The position numbers and the translations under genes are program-made. 64,000 nucleotides of DNA, from assembly GCA_963696385.1 (NCBI GenBank), contig CAVOKF010000008.1, positions 544,001 to 608,000 of the forward strand, written 5' to 3'. This stretch comes from an uncultured delta proteobacterium (GTDB lineage Bacteria > Myxococcota_A > Polyangia > Polyangiales > Polyangiaceae). The notes below the pieces were generated by a model. The model ran no database searches, had not been told where the DNA came from, and worked only from the letters and a program-made list of their open reading frames with translations. Positions 30,080 through 39,682 of this stretch are shown here, piece after piece. Each line of letters starts with the position of its first letter. The first letter of the stretch is position 1.

Positions 30080-31820
30080 TCAGATGAGGTCGAGCAGCGC
30101 ATCCGAGAGCTCGTCGCTCCGGTCCATCACCTCGGCCGCTCTCGCCTCGATCGCGGCCGCCAGGGCGGCGGCGGCGGCCCGCGCGCGCTCCCGGCCGGCC
30201 TCGTTGCCGCCCTCCTTGTCGAGCGCCCGCGCGGCTCGTCCCAGCATCGCTTGTGCCAGCGACAGGTCGCCGTCGCTCGGGCCTTCGGCCGCCTCGGGAG
30301 CCGCGGCCCGCATCGCCTCGACCTCGGCGCCGGCGCGCCGGCGGTGCTGCTCGGTGAGGCGGTAGGGGCTGTCGGCGATCTGCACGTCGGCGCTCTGGCC
30401 TGAAGGCAGGTGCTGCGCTCGGACGTGGAGCACCCCCGAAAGATCGAGCTTGAAGGTCACCTCGACCGGAGCGCCGGCGGGGCCGGGAGGCAACGGATCG
30501 ACGCGCACGGTGCCGAGCTGGGTGTTGCCCGGAAGCCGCGGGTGCTCGCCCTGCACGATCGGCAACTCGGCCGCGCGCTGGTCGGCGACCATGGTGAAGA
30601 CCGTCTGCGTCCGCTCCACGGGCACGACCGTGTCCCTGGGGATGACCGCCGCCACAGCCAAATCCTCGGCTTCGCCTTCGAGGTAGTCCTCGTCGGCGAC
30701 CCCTACCGCCAGCGTGTGCGGCGTGATGTCCACGAGCACCTCGTCGATCTCGGCCCCGCCGATGCGCCCGGCCAGGATCGAAGCCCCCAGCGCGACGGCA
30801 CGGTCGGCGTCGAGATCCACATGCACCGGACGGCCCAAATGCGCAGCCACCATCCGCCGCACCAGCGGCATCTTGCTCGCCCCGCCGACCAGCAGGATCC
30901 GGCTGGCGTCGGCGGCGGAGATGCCGGCATCGCGCATCGCCGCCGCGATGTGTTCGAGCGTGCGCAGCACGAAGGGCCGCGCCGCCGCCTCGACATCTTC
31001 GCGGGTCAACGCGGAGATCGAGGTGGACGGCGTCGGCCCCCTCGCCGGCCAGGAAGGGATCGAAGAGGCGCACCTCGTCCTTGTCGGAGAGCGCGATCTT
31101 CGCTCGCTCGACGGCCTCCGCCAGCCGCGTCATGGCCCGCGGATCTTTTTCCACCGCCGCACGCTGAGCGCCCAGACGGCCGAGCACCCACTGGCCGAGC
31201 GCGTGGTCGATGTCGTCGCCTCCGAGGTGGGTGTCGCCGCGGCTAGCCCGCACTTCGAGCAGGCCTTCATCGCGTTCGAGGATGGAGACGTCGAACGTGC
31301 CGCCGCCCAGGTCGTAGACCAGGACCAGCTCCTCGGCACCGGACTGGTAGGTCAGGGCGGCGGCGGTGGGTTCGTTCACCAGCCGCTCCACCGTAAGCCC
31401 CGCCATCGCGCCCGCGTCGCGCGTCGCCTGCCGCTGCGCCTCGCCGAAATACGCCGGGACCGTGATGACGGCCCGGGTCGGACGGTGCCCGATCGCGGCC
31501 TCGGCTCGGTCGAGCAGCGCACCGAGAATGAGCGCGGAAATCTGCGGTGGCGAAAGCAGCTTGGTCCCCACCGCCAGGCGCGCCTCGGTGCCCATCTGTC
31601 GTTTCACGGAGACCACCGTGCCCGCCGGATCGAGCAGCCGGCGGTTCTTCGCGGATCGCCCCACGTACAGCTCGCCGGCCGGTCCGCCTCCGACCACGGA
31701 GGGCAAAAGCTCGACGCCGGAACTGTCGGCGAAGAGTTTCGCCTTGCCGTCCACCACCGCGCCGATGAGGGAGTTGGTCGTCCCCAGATCGATGCCGACC
31801 GGAAGCTGCTCGCTATTCAT
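30080..31820 (-). pseudogene. Hsp70 (DnaK-like) chaperone paralogue, split by an apparent +1 insertion near 31008 (possibly a sequencing error)
   Basis: GIDLGTTNS, ITVPAYF, NEPTAAA, YDLGGGTFDVS, LGGDDID in one frame; LVGGASKMP, DITPHTL, QGE in the other. Deleting one A at 31008-31009 gives DLRVTRED. Confidence 0.9.
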
Positions 31821-32509
31821 GATCTCCTCACCGGATCGCCTTGGCTGTCCTCGGGGGGCGGTCGCGCACCCGACGCACCCCGGTTGCCGTTGGCTCCTGC
31901 GCCGCCCGCGCGGTCGGCATCCGCGACGACCACCTCGGCCTCGCGCAGAATCCGATCGCCGATCGCATAGCCCGGCCGCACGACCTCGACCACGGTGCCC
32001 CGGCGCTCTCCGGGAGCCGGCGCCCGCACTTCGACCACGCGCTGCCGCTCGCCATCGACCGGGCCTCCGGTGGCCCGATCCACCGAGACCCCCAGATCGC
32101 GAAGCGCGCCCTCGAACTGCGCCTGAAGCACGCGCAAGCCCCTGCCCAGGGATCCGTGGACGCCGGCGTCGAGCGGCCGTGCGGCGGCGAGCCAGCGCGC
32201 GAGCAGCCCCCGGGGTGCCGTCCGGCGGCGCAGGTCGAACGCCGCGGCTTCTGCCGCCACGCGTTCGATCGCGTCGGCGACCGGGATGAGCGCCCGCAGC
32301 CAGCGCTCCCCGTCGTCGGCCTCCGCGGTCGCTGGATCGACCGTGTCTTCGAGGTCGTCGTCTCGCATCTCTTCGGCCTGCGCACGGAGCGCATCGAGGC
32401 AGGACTCGGCCGCGGCCTGCGCCGCAATCGCCGCACGCCCCTGCCGCCGTACCTCTTTGAGCAAATCGTCGAGGCGCACAGCCAGATCTTCCAGAGACGG
32501 ATCGCTCAT
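31817..32509 (-). CDS. GrpE-like nucleotide exchange factor
   Basis: LIPVADAIER; VVEVVRPGYAIGDRILREAEVVV; ATGA overlaps on both sides. Confidence 0.85.
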   Translation of the reverse strand: MSDPSLEDLAVRLDDLLKEVRRQGRAAIAAQAAAESCLDALRAQAEEMRDDDLEDTVDPATAEADDGERWLRALIPVADAIERVAAEAAAFDLRRRTAPRGLLARWLAAARPLDAGVHGSLGRGLRVLQAQFEGALRDLGVSVDRATGGPVDGERQRVVEVRAPAPGERRGTVVEVVRPGYAIGDRILREAEVVVADADRAGGAGANGNRGASGARPPPEDSQGDPVRRS

Positions 32510-32895
32510 ACCCCCCCCTGGGGCGGCCCCGGGGCCTTCGCGGTCCGAGCCCGGGCCGGCGTCGCGACCGACCACGACTCCGAATCGGCGTTCATCGCAG
32601 CCAGCCGCAAGAGCGCCACCGCCGTCGCGCCCGGGGGCGCCATCGGCGGCGCAGCGGGCGGAGCGGGGGGCGGGATCTCGGGCACAAACCGAGTCAAGAG
32701 CTGCTGGGCCCGTGCCCACGGGTCGCTCAGCAGCTCGTAGGCGTCGCGGACCCGCCGAAAGCCCTCCGGATCGGTGTCGGGAGCGTGACCGACCACGGCG
32801 CGTCGGTAGGCTCGCTTGATGACCGACGGGTCGTCCTCGGCGTCGCCGATTCCCAGCGCCGATCGGGCCTGCTCGAACGGGGTGACGAGACTCAT
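32506..32895 (-). CDS. J-domain protein with HAPD variant motif
   Basis: LGI...IKRAYRRAVVGHAPDTDPEGFRRVRDAYELLSDP. In frame with the upstream large ORF but has its own ATG. Confidence 0.8.
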   Translation of the reverse strand: MSLVTPFEQARSALGIGDAEDDPSVIKRAYRRAVVGHAPDTDPEGFRRVRDAYELLSDPWARAQQLLTRFVPEIPPPAPPAAPPMAPPGATAVALLRLAAMNADSESWSVATPARARTAKAPGPPQGGV

Positions 32896-35199
32896 GGCCG
32901 CGGACTCGGTCGCCGCCCGCGCCGGGGGGGCGGCGCGATCCCGCTCTCGTTTGAAGAAATCCGCGACCGCCTCCATCATCGCGGGGCTCGGCGGCCCACG
33001 CTGGATGATCTCCCCGAGCTTCTGCTCGAGGCGACCCAGCTTGTCCGCGGGGATGTCCTGCATCTCGTCGAGTGGAACATCGAGCGCGTCGAGCACCCTG
33101 GCGAACAGTCCCTGCTGCCCATCGAAGAGGTCGAATTCCGGATCGCCGTCGTCGTCTTCGCAGATGAACGCGGCAATGCTGAACTCGGGCGCGAGCACCA
33201 GATCGAAGTCGCGCGCGGCCTGGGCCGGATCGGGCGTGCCGGCAATCTCTACGGGACGACGGCCGGTCGCGAGCCCCTTGAAGAAGGCGATCCGGTCGCG
33301 CGAAAGGCCGGGCGCGATGCGCGGCAGCAGCTTCGCTGCGAGCTCGACGGCGCCGGCCACCGCGAGCGCCTCCGCCATCGCGATGAGGGCCGGCCGATCG
33401 TCGGCCCTGCTCAGATCGCGCGACGCGACGACCAGCTCATCGCCGAGGCTCGCGAGCACGGCCACCGCCGAGAGCTTGGCCACATCGCGAGGCGACGTGC
33501 GCCAGGCCACCACCGTGGCGCGCAAATGCTTGCGCGCCACGTCGTCGGCGGCCTGGGCCCTGGCGATGACGACGGAGGCGGCGTCGAAGGCGAGGCGCGC
33601 GGCGGGACCCAGCGCATCGCGAAACGTCGCGGCGAGCGGGAGGGGAAAATCGTCGTCGTCGGCCGTGCGCGCGAGCTCGCGCGCGAGGGCGCCGGCCGTC
33701 GCGGCTCCAGGCACCATCCCCTCGAACGGAGCGATCCGACAGCGATCGCCGAGGATCTGCCGCGCTTGGGCGGCGAGCTCCGGATCCTGGGTCGCTTCCG
33801 CGGCGGCAAGCAGAAGCGTGTCGGCCCGATCCGTGTCGCCTTGGGACGCGGCGAGCGCCATGCGCTGCTTCCACGCCTCGATGTTGCCAGGCGCCTGCTC
33901 GAGCAGAGCGTCGAGACGCCGCTCGGCATCCGCCGGATTCCGCACGGCAACCGCCTCCGTCTCGACCAGGTCGAGCGTGTCTCGGAACTTACCAAACGCC
34001 AGCGGACGCGCCCGCGCCACCGACTCGAGCGCGGCCTTCGCGTCACCGGCTTCGAGCCATTCCTGGGCGGCGAGCTTGCCGGTCACGGCCGCGAGCGGCC
34101 CCGCACGGGCCGTCCTTTCGAGCACATGCGCGAGCCGATCGGCGGCCGCCGCCGCATCGCGGAGCGCCTGGCGCCCCGGCTTGCCGTCCCGCCGGTGGGC
34201 GATCTCAAGGGCGGCGAGCCATTTGCCGCGCAGCGCCTCGATCAGATCCGCCCCGAGCGCGATGCCGCGATCGAAGCTCTGCGAGGCCGCGGCGGCATTG
34301 GATCGGATCTGCGAGAAGCCGAGGTAGAGGGCCGCGGCCGGACGCTCGCTCGGGTCGAAGAGATCGATGCCGGCCTCGCCGATGATCGCGGCGGCCGTGC
34401 CCGGCGAGGTCGCCGCGGCAAGCCGTGCCGGCATGACCCGCGCGCGCAGATGCGGATCCGCCAACAGCACCGGGGGCAGGGCTGCCAGCTGATCGACGCG
34501 GAGGGCGGCCTCGGCCGCCATCCGTCGGCGCGCCTCCGCGTCGCGCGGCACGCGGGCCGACCGACTGAGGGTGACCAGGGCCGCGACCGCGCTCTCGGGC
34601 GCCTGCAATCCGGCGGCAGCGCCAATCTCCTCCGCGAAGGTCTGCGATCGCGCCGCTCTCGGGATGCGACGCACGACGGCTTTGGCCAGGTCGACTTCCC
34701 CGCGAACCGCGTGGCCGACCGCGCGAGCCGCGGCGTGCAGCGCACGCAGCGGCAGCGCCGCAGTCGCGGGCGCAGCGACCTCGCCGCGCACCGCCTGCAG
34801 CAAGGGTCCGATCGCCGTGGCGACCCGGGGGTCGGCGGCGACGAGCTGCGCGGCCACCTCGTCGTTTCCTGTGGCGAAAGCGGCGAGGGCCTCTTCCATT
34901 CGGAGCTCGGGCGTACGCCGGCCGCCTGCGGCGGCGACGGCGAGCGCCGGCACGGGCTCGCCGGCTCGGCGCAGCTTGCGGGAAAGCCGCACCGCGATCG
35001 CGTCGAGTTGGGCGCTGCGATCGTCCTGGGCCGCAGCGCCGGCCGCGGGCGCAGCGCCGTTCGCGAAGGCGCGCGTCAGGAGCGCGACGGCCGAGCGCGG
35101 GCTGCGCTCGACCTCGCTCTCCAGAACCGAGAGGTCACCCTGGACGAGTGCCCGCTCGTGCCGATGGGCCCTGCGATCGCGGCGGCTTCGTTTGCTCAA
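32892..35199 (-). CDS. Large Ala-rich helical/TPR-like protein, first gene of the Hsp70 operon
   Basis: ~770-codon open frame with basic N-terminus (SKRSRRDRR) and acidic patch (EDDDGDPEFD). As sequenced it reads into the J-domain; removing one base near 32950 gives a TGA overlapping the J-gene ATG. Both ends uncertain. Confidence 0.7.
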
Positions 35200-35324
35200 C
35201 AGTGCGTCGGGTACACGACCGGGCAAGCGCGTTCAAGAGGCAACCGGCTCGACTCGAAACGGGCACGATTTCTAGGCCGTGGTGAGCCGGTCCCGGACAG
35301 ATGACGGAGAGATCGTCAAAGGGA

Positions 35325-35368
35325 CGACCTCGACCCGCGACCTAACCCCGACCGCGACTACCGCGACC
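35325..35368. repeat. Short hexamer tract (CGACCN)n, reverse orientation of the GGTCG family
   Basis: cgacctcgacccgcgacctaaccccgaccgcgactaccgcgacc. Confidence 0.6.
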
Positions 35369-35564
35369 AGGCTTGCACGCGCGCGACGAGTGCCTATTTC
35401 TCAGCCGCGGTCTTTGCCAAACGCCGTTCGTCTCGACCCACTAACGGGCCGGGATTCGCCGGCGCGGCGGCCGTGCAGGGAGAGAAATCGATAGGGCCCG
35501 GCTCGGCCCCGATGCGCACCCGGATGGGTTGCACCTTCGCCGCACAACGCACACCCTTCGTTCG

Positions 35565-36135
35565 ATGGCCGCGAAGCCGACACCGCCGCTCGATGACCTG
35601 CTGGCGCAGCTCAATGCGCTGCCGCCCGGCATGACGGGAGAGATCATCAAGGGGACCCTCTACACGATGCCGCGCCCCCTCGCGCGCCCCATGAGCATCG
35701 AAGGACTGCTCGTCGGCGACCTGACAACGCCTTACCAACGCGGCCGGGGCGGGCCAGGAGGATGGTGGATTCTTCCCGAGCCCGGCATCGGCTTGGCGGG
35801 ATCGCCTGAGTTTTCGCCCGAGGTGGCCGGGTGGCGTCGCGCACGCCTGCCGCAGCTACCCGAAGGCAGGCTTACCCTCGCGCCCGACTGGCTGTGCGAA
35901 ATCCAATCGATGAAGACCCGCGGATTTCGATTTGCGCGTTAAGCGGCCCTTCTACGCCGAGATCGGCGTCGAGTGGCTGTGGTACGTGGATGCCGACGCA
36001 CGGACACTCTCGGTGAGTCGGCTCCACGAAGGACACTGGCTCGAAGTCGGCGTCTACGGGGATCGCGAGAAGGTGCGCGCCGCGCCGTTCGACGCAGTCG
36101 AAATCGATCTCGCCGAGTGGTGGGGAGAGCCGTAG
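35565..36135 (+). pseudogene. Uma2 family endonuclease split by an apparent +1 insertion near 35925 (possibly a sequencing error)
   Basis: GEIIKG, GGPGGWWILPEP, APDWLCEI, then KRPFYAEIGVEWLWYVD in another frame; GGATTTCGAT minus one T restores TRGFDLRVKR. Confidence 0.85.
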
Positions 36136-36343
36136 GCGAGAGGATTTGCGACGCCGCGCGCCTCGCGGTCGCCCGCCGGCAGCGAGCTCCAGTTTTCAAG
36201 CGAGCTCGATCGGGATCGCAGCGAGCGGTGATTTACGTCGCTCAGCGGGGAGTTCAGTGGAGAGCTCCGCTCGTTGCGAGTCGATTGCGAGTCGCCGGTA
36301 CACCGGCTCCGGACCTCCGGACACGTGCTAGCCTTCGAGGGCC

Positions 36344-36682
36344 GTGAACGGGCGCGCTCTGCCGGCCGACCTTCGCAGCGCCATCGAGTCGTACGCGCGG
36401 CGGCTCTCCTTGCGTTTCGAGGGTCGCCTGCGCTTCGTGCGCCTCTTCGGATCGTGGGCGCGACACGAAGCCACCGAGGACTCCGATATCGACGTTGCGG
36501 TGGTGGTCGACGGGCTGACGCGAGACGAGTGGCGGGACGCCATATCCGACGCGGTCGAAGTCGAGCTCGCGGGTGGAGCGACGTTGTCGCCGTTCGTCGT
36601 CTCGGGGGAGCACTTCGATCTTCTCGTTCGCAGAGAGCGGCGAATCGCGACCGACATCCTCGAAGAAGGCATCGACGCATGA
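36344..36682 (+). CDS. Minimal nucleotidyltransferase (MNT antitoxin-like)
   Basis: RLFGSWARHEATEDSDIDVAVV; ILEEGI. Confidence 0.88.
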   Translation: MNGRALPADLRSAIESYARRLSLRFEGRLRFVRLFGSWARHEATEDSDIDVAVVVDGLTRDEWRDAISDAVEVELAGGATLSPFVVSGEHFDLLVRRERRIATDILEEGIDA

Positions 36683-36905
36683 CCGGCGAAAACATCCGAG
36701 CCGGTGTTGCCGACGAAATGCGGCTCGCGCAGAGCGCGCTTCGAGCGGCGGACGCCTTGCTCGGGTTGGGGCTCGTCCCCGATGCGGCCAGCCGCACCTA
36801 GCGGTCGCCGGGCGAATCGGATGCCCACCGCTCGGAGTTGCCGCTCCAACTCCTTCACGCGACGGGCATGGCCACCGGTGCTCACGCCGGAGTGCTCGCA
36901 GAGCC
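36679..36905 (+). pseudogene. HEPN-domain gene remnant
   Basis: ATGA-coupled to MNT; AQSALRAADALL...DAASRT, then TAG at 36799 where SRxYY is expected; in-frame LLHATG...HAGVL remnant follows. Confidence 0.65.
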
Positions 36906-36920
36906 TGTCGATATCGTCGT

Positions 36921-38090
36921 CTACCTTCCCTCGAGCTCGGTCCCGGCCCGCAGCTTCTCGAGGTACGCCGAGTACGCGAAGCTCCGGTCCCGCCGCTTCC
37001 CGCTCGTCTCGGTGAGGACGCCGAGGCGCTCCAGAAGCTGAACGGCCTTGCCGGCCGTGGGCTTGGTGCTCTTGAGCAGCTTGACGACACCGGGGATCGT
37101 GACGATGGGGTGAACCGGCAGCTGATCGAGCAGGCGGATCGCCATGACGGATGCGCCCGGCGCAGTGAGCAGCCGTTCGCGGTCCGTGCTCACCAGTGTG
37201 AACACTTCGCGCGCCGCAGCAACCGCCTCGTCGGCGATCGTGGCGACGCCCTCAAGGAAGAAATCGGTCCACGCCTCCCAAGCACCGGTGCGCCGGACGG
37301 CGCCGAGCAGACGGTAGTACTCCGCCCAATGACGCTTGAAGAACAGACTCAGGTAGAGAAGCGGCGCGGACAGTAGCTTCCAGTGCTCGAGCAGAACCGT
37401 GATGAGCAGCCGTCCGATCCGGCCGTTGCCGTCAAGGTACGGGTGGATGGTTTCGAACTGCACGTGCGCCAGGCCGACGCGCACCAGCGCAGGCAAGTCG
37501 TTCTCGGCGTGAAAGGACTTCTCCAGATCGCTAAGAAGCGCGGGCAACTCCTCAGGCGGAGCTGGGACGAAGACGGCGTTGCCCGGTCGCGTGCCGCCGA
37601 TCCAGTTCTGGCTGCGGCGAACCTCGCCGGGCTGCTTGGTGGCGCCTCGAACGCCGCGCATGAGTCTGCGATGCGCCTCGTTGAGCAGTCGCATCGACAG
37701 GGGCAACCCCTTCGGGCTCTTGAGCTGCGCTCGCGCGTACTTGACCGCGTCGAGGTAGTTGCAGACCTCGCCCACGCTCTCGACGGCGGCGCGGTCGTCC
37801 TGCTCGGCTTCGTACTCGAGCAGGTCGATCAGGGTGGCCCGCGTGCCCTCGATCTGCGAGGACACCACGGCCTCCTTGCGCACGAAGGCGTAGATGAACC
37901 AATCGAGCGACGGGACCATCTCGCCGGCCACCTCGAGCCGGGCCAACGCCTGCTGCGCGCGCGCCACGAGAGCGGCCCGCTTCGCGTCCATCTCAGGCGT
38001 CGGTGCCCGAGGGGGGAGCGGATGGGGCACGAACATGGCGACTGACTCGCCCGCCGTGGTTCGCTCCAACGTTCGGCCGGTTACACGCAC
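36921..38090 (-). CDS. Fic family protein with C-terminal wHTH
   Basis: EAVVSSQIEGT, PGEVRRSQNWIGG, HPYLDGNGRIGR (intact Fic motif), C-terminal LERLGVLTETSGKRRDRSF. Confidence 0.93.
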   Translation of the reverse strand: MRVTGRTLERTTAGESVAMFVPHPLPPRAPTPEMDAKRAALVARAQQALARLEVAGEMVPSLDWFIYAFVRKEAVVSSQIEGTRATLIDLLEYEAEQDDRAAVESVGEVCNYLDAVKYARAQLKSPKGLPLSMRLLNEAHRRLMRGVRGATKQPGEVRRSQNWIGGTRPGNAVFVPAPPEELPALLSDLEKSFHAENDLPALVRVGLAHVQFETIHPYLDGNGRIGRLLITVLLEHWKLLSAPLLYLSLFFKRHWAEYYRLLGAVRRTGAWEAWTDFFLEGVATIADEAVAAAREVFTLVSTDRERLLTAPGASVMAIRLLDQLPVHPIVTIPGVVKLLKSTKPTAGKAVQLLERLGVLTETSGKRRDRSFAYSAYLEKLRAGTELEGR

Positions 38091-38104
38091 GTCGATTCCT
38101 TTGG

Positions 38105-38150
38105 GAAAGCATTCTTTACTGAGGACGGTCGCTAGTAAAGGAACGTTTTC
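38105..38150. promoter_or_regulatory. AT-rich inverted repeat upstream of fic, putative operator
   Basis: gaaagcattCTTTACT-N13-AGTAAAGgaacgttttc. Confidence 0.55.
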
Positions 38151-38339
38151 TAGCGATGCACGCTCGGAAAGCGCGCTTGCCGAGCGGTCTGCTCGCCGAT
38201 CCGTAGTGACCGACTTGCCGCCTCCGGCGGGTCCCGGGACGCGCCCCTTGAACGACCGCCGCGCATTCCTCGTGAGCACGCCGGCGAGACTCACCACGAC
38301 TCCCAGTTGGGACCGGACCCGGTCGACGAGCGTGCTCGG

Positions 38340-38418
38340 AGAGCGGCCGGTCGCCCGCCAGGGCGACGGGCGGCGCCTCGGTCGGCAGGCCGAGATGGCC
38401 GAAGATCTGGCCCACGGC
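38340..38418 (-). mobile_element. Possible IS91-family transposase C-terminal remnant
   Basis: AVGQIFGHLGLPTEAPPVALAGDRP resembles the ILxHLGLPTxPPxxxxARxP tail of IS91-like transposases (from recall). Confidence 0.4.
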
Positions 38419-38419
38419 C

Positions 38420-39148
38420 CTACGCCACGAGAGAGCGATAGGCGTCGGTGAGCTTCGCGAACCGGACTTGCAGTGAGCAGCGCTCGACGTCGCTTGCCCC
38501 AGGGTGCAAGTCCGGGTGGACCGCTCGGGCGAGTCGCCGGTAGGCGCGCTTCACCTCGGTCACGGCGGCGCCCGGCGCCAGACCGAGCACGTCCCACGCG
38601 CTCGACTCGACGGGAGCGGCATCGGCGACGGCGGTTCGTTCGCGCGCACGCCGGCGGCCGTGCAGGAATTCGGGCGGGCCGAGCGGGACGTCCCACGTGT
38701 CGGGACCGCGCCGGTCGTGCCACGTTCCGAGGAGGGCACCTCGGGGCGGGCGCACCGTGACGCGAAACGCGACCCGCGCGTCCTTGACTTGCTCGAGAGC
38801 GACCAGGCGCGCGCAGAGCTGACGGCGAAGGGCGCGGCCGACGACAGACGGAGCGAGGTTGAACTCGTCGACCAGCACCTGGCCGTGCAGCCGCTTGGAC
38901 ACCAGCGCGCGAAGGAGCGATCGCCGCAAGACGTCCTCGTCCAACGCGTTTTCGACGCGCAGAAACTCCGCGAGTGACGGGCTTGCCCCGTCGAGCTCCA
39001 CGGCCGACACCAGGCCCCCGGTCAGGTGGACCCTGTGAACGCGCCCTCGATCTTCGACGAATTCGAGCGAGCCGGTGGCCGCACCGCGGTGCAACACCCC
39101 GAGAAGATCGCCGAGTGTCGTCGACCGCAAACGACCCTGGAGCTGCAT
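38420..39148 (-). CDS. J-domain protein with N-terminal DUF4388/PATAN-like domain
   Basis: MQLQGRLRSTTLGDLL...TGSL N-terminus; WDVLGL...VKRAYRRLARAVHPD C-terminal J-domain. Confidence 0.85.
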   Translation of the reverse strand: MQLQGRLRSTTLGDLLGVLHRGAATGSLEFVEDRGRVHRVHLTGGLVSAVELDGASPSLAEFLRVENALDEDVLRRSLLRALVSKRLHGQVLVDEFNLAPSVVGRALRRQLCARLVALEQVKDARVAFRVTVRPPRGALLGTWHDRRGPDTWDVPLGPPEFLHGRRRARERTAVADAAPVESSAWDVLGLAPGAAVTEVKRAYRRLARAVHPDLHPGASDVERCSLQVRFAKLTDAYRSLVA

Positions 39149-39267
39149 GGTCACCCATTGTCGACCGATTGCGGCGCGAGGCCAAGTTCGCGGAAACGGG
39201 CCGCGGCGGAATTCGTGCCGGCGGGGCCTCCGAGGGGCGCCGCAAGGGCCGCGTATGCGTCGCCCTA

Positions 39268-39678
39268 TCATTCGCCAACGACGACGGCGCCCGCGATCGG
39301 CACCTGCCGCGGCTCACACAACGCACCGCGGCATACGACCAAGCGCACTCGTCCTTCGACCACTCCGCTCGCGGGGCCGTGAGCCACGAGCGCTAGCCCC
39401 CAGCGCCAGTGCGCGGCCTCCTGGACCGTCGCGTCATGCGGTCCGATGCGACCGCGAAGGGCGGATAGGAACGACGGCACGACGACGAGAATCACGTCTC
39501 CCCAGGAGATGGATTCCCCGTCCGCGACGCGCGCGTCGACGACGCAGCGCACCCGGCCCGGCCCTGGGACGGGATCGCACGTCATCGTCGCCACGGTCGG
39601 CCCGGCATCGTCGGCGTGCGCCCGCCGACCCGCCATCAGAACGACGAAGCACGCAGCGCACGCGGCGACTCGGCCCAC
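39268..39678 (-). CDS. Small secreted Cys-containing protein
   Basis: Signal-like N-terminus ending AHA-D; VVCRGALCEP. Start uncertain. Confidence 0.6.
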   Translation of the reverse strand: MGRVAACAACFVVLMAGRRAHADDAGPTVATMTCDPVPGPGRVRCVVDARVADGESISWGDVILVVVPSFLSALRGRIGPHDATVQEAAHWRWGLALVAHGPASGVVEGRVRLVVCRGALCEPRQVPIAGAVVVGE

Positions 39679-39682
39679 CGAT

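Noticed and set aside
32506..35226. Natural 906-aa TPR-J-domain fusion
   Set aside because: A one-base deletion yields a stop overlapping the J gene ATG like the other operon junctions; more likely two genes, though not proven.
36218..36277. Hairpin (gcagcgagcgg...ccgctcgttgc) as integron attC site or ncRNA
   Set aside because: No RYYYAAC/GTTRRRY core sites, no second copy and no integrase; such stems are common at this GC content.
36921..39326. 801-aa Fic fusion ORF
   Set aside because: The N-terminal half overlaps the J-domain gene in another frame and an intergenic region; Fic similarity starts near 38090.
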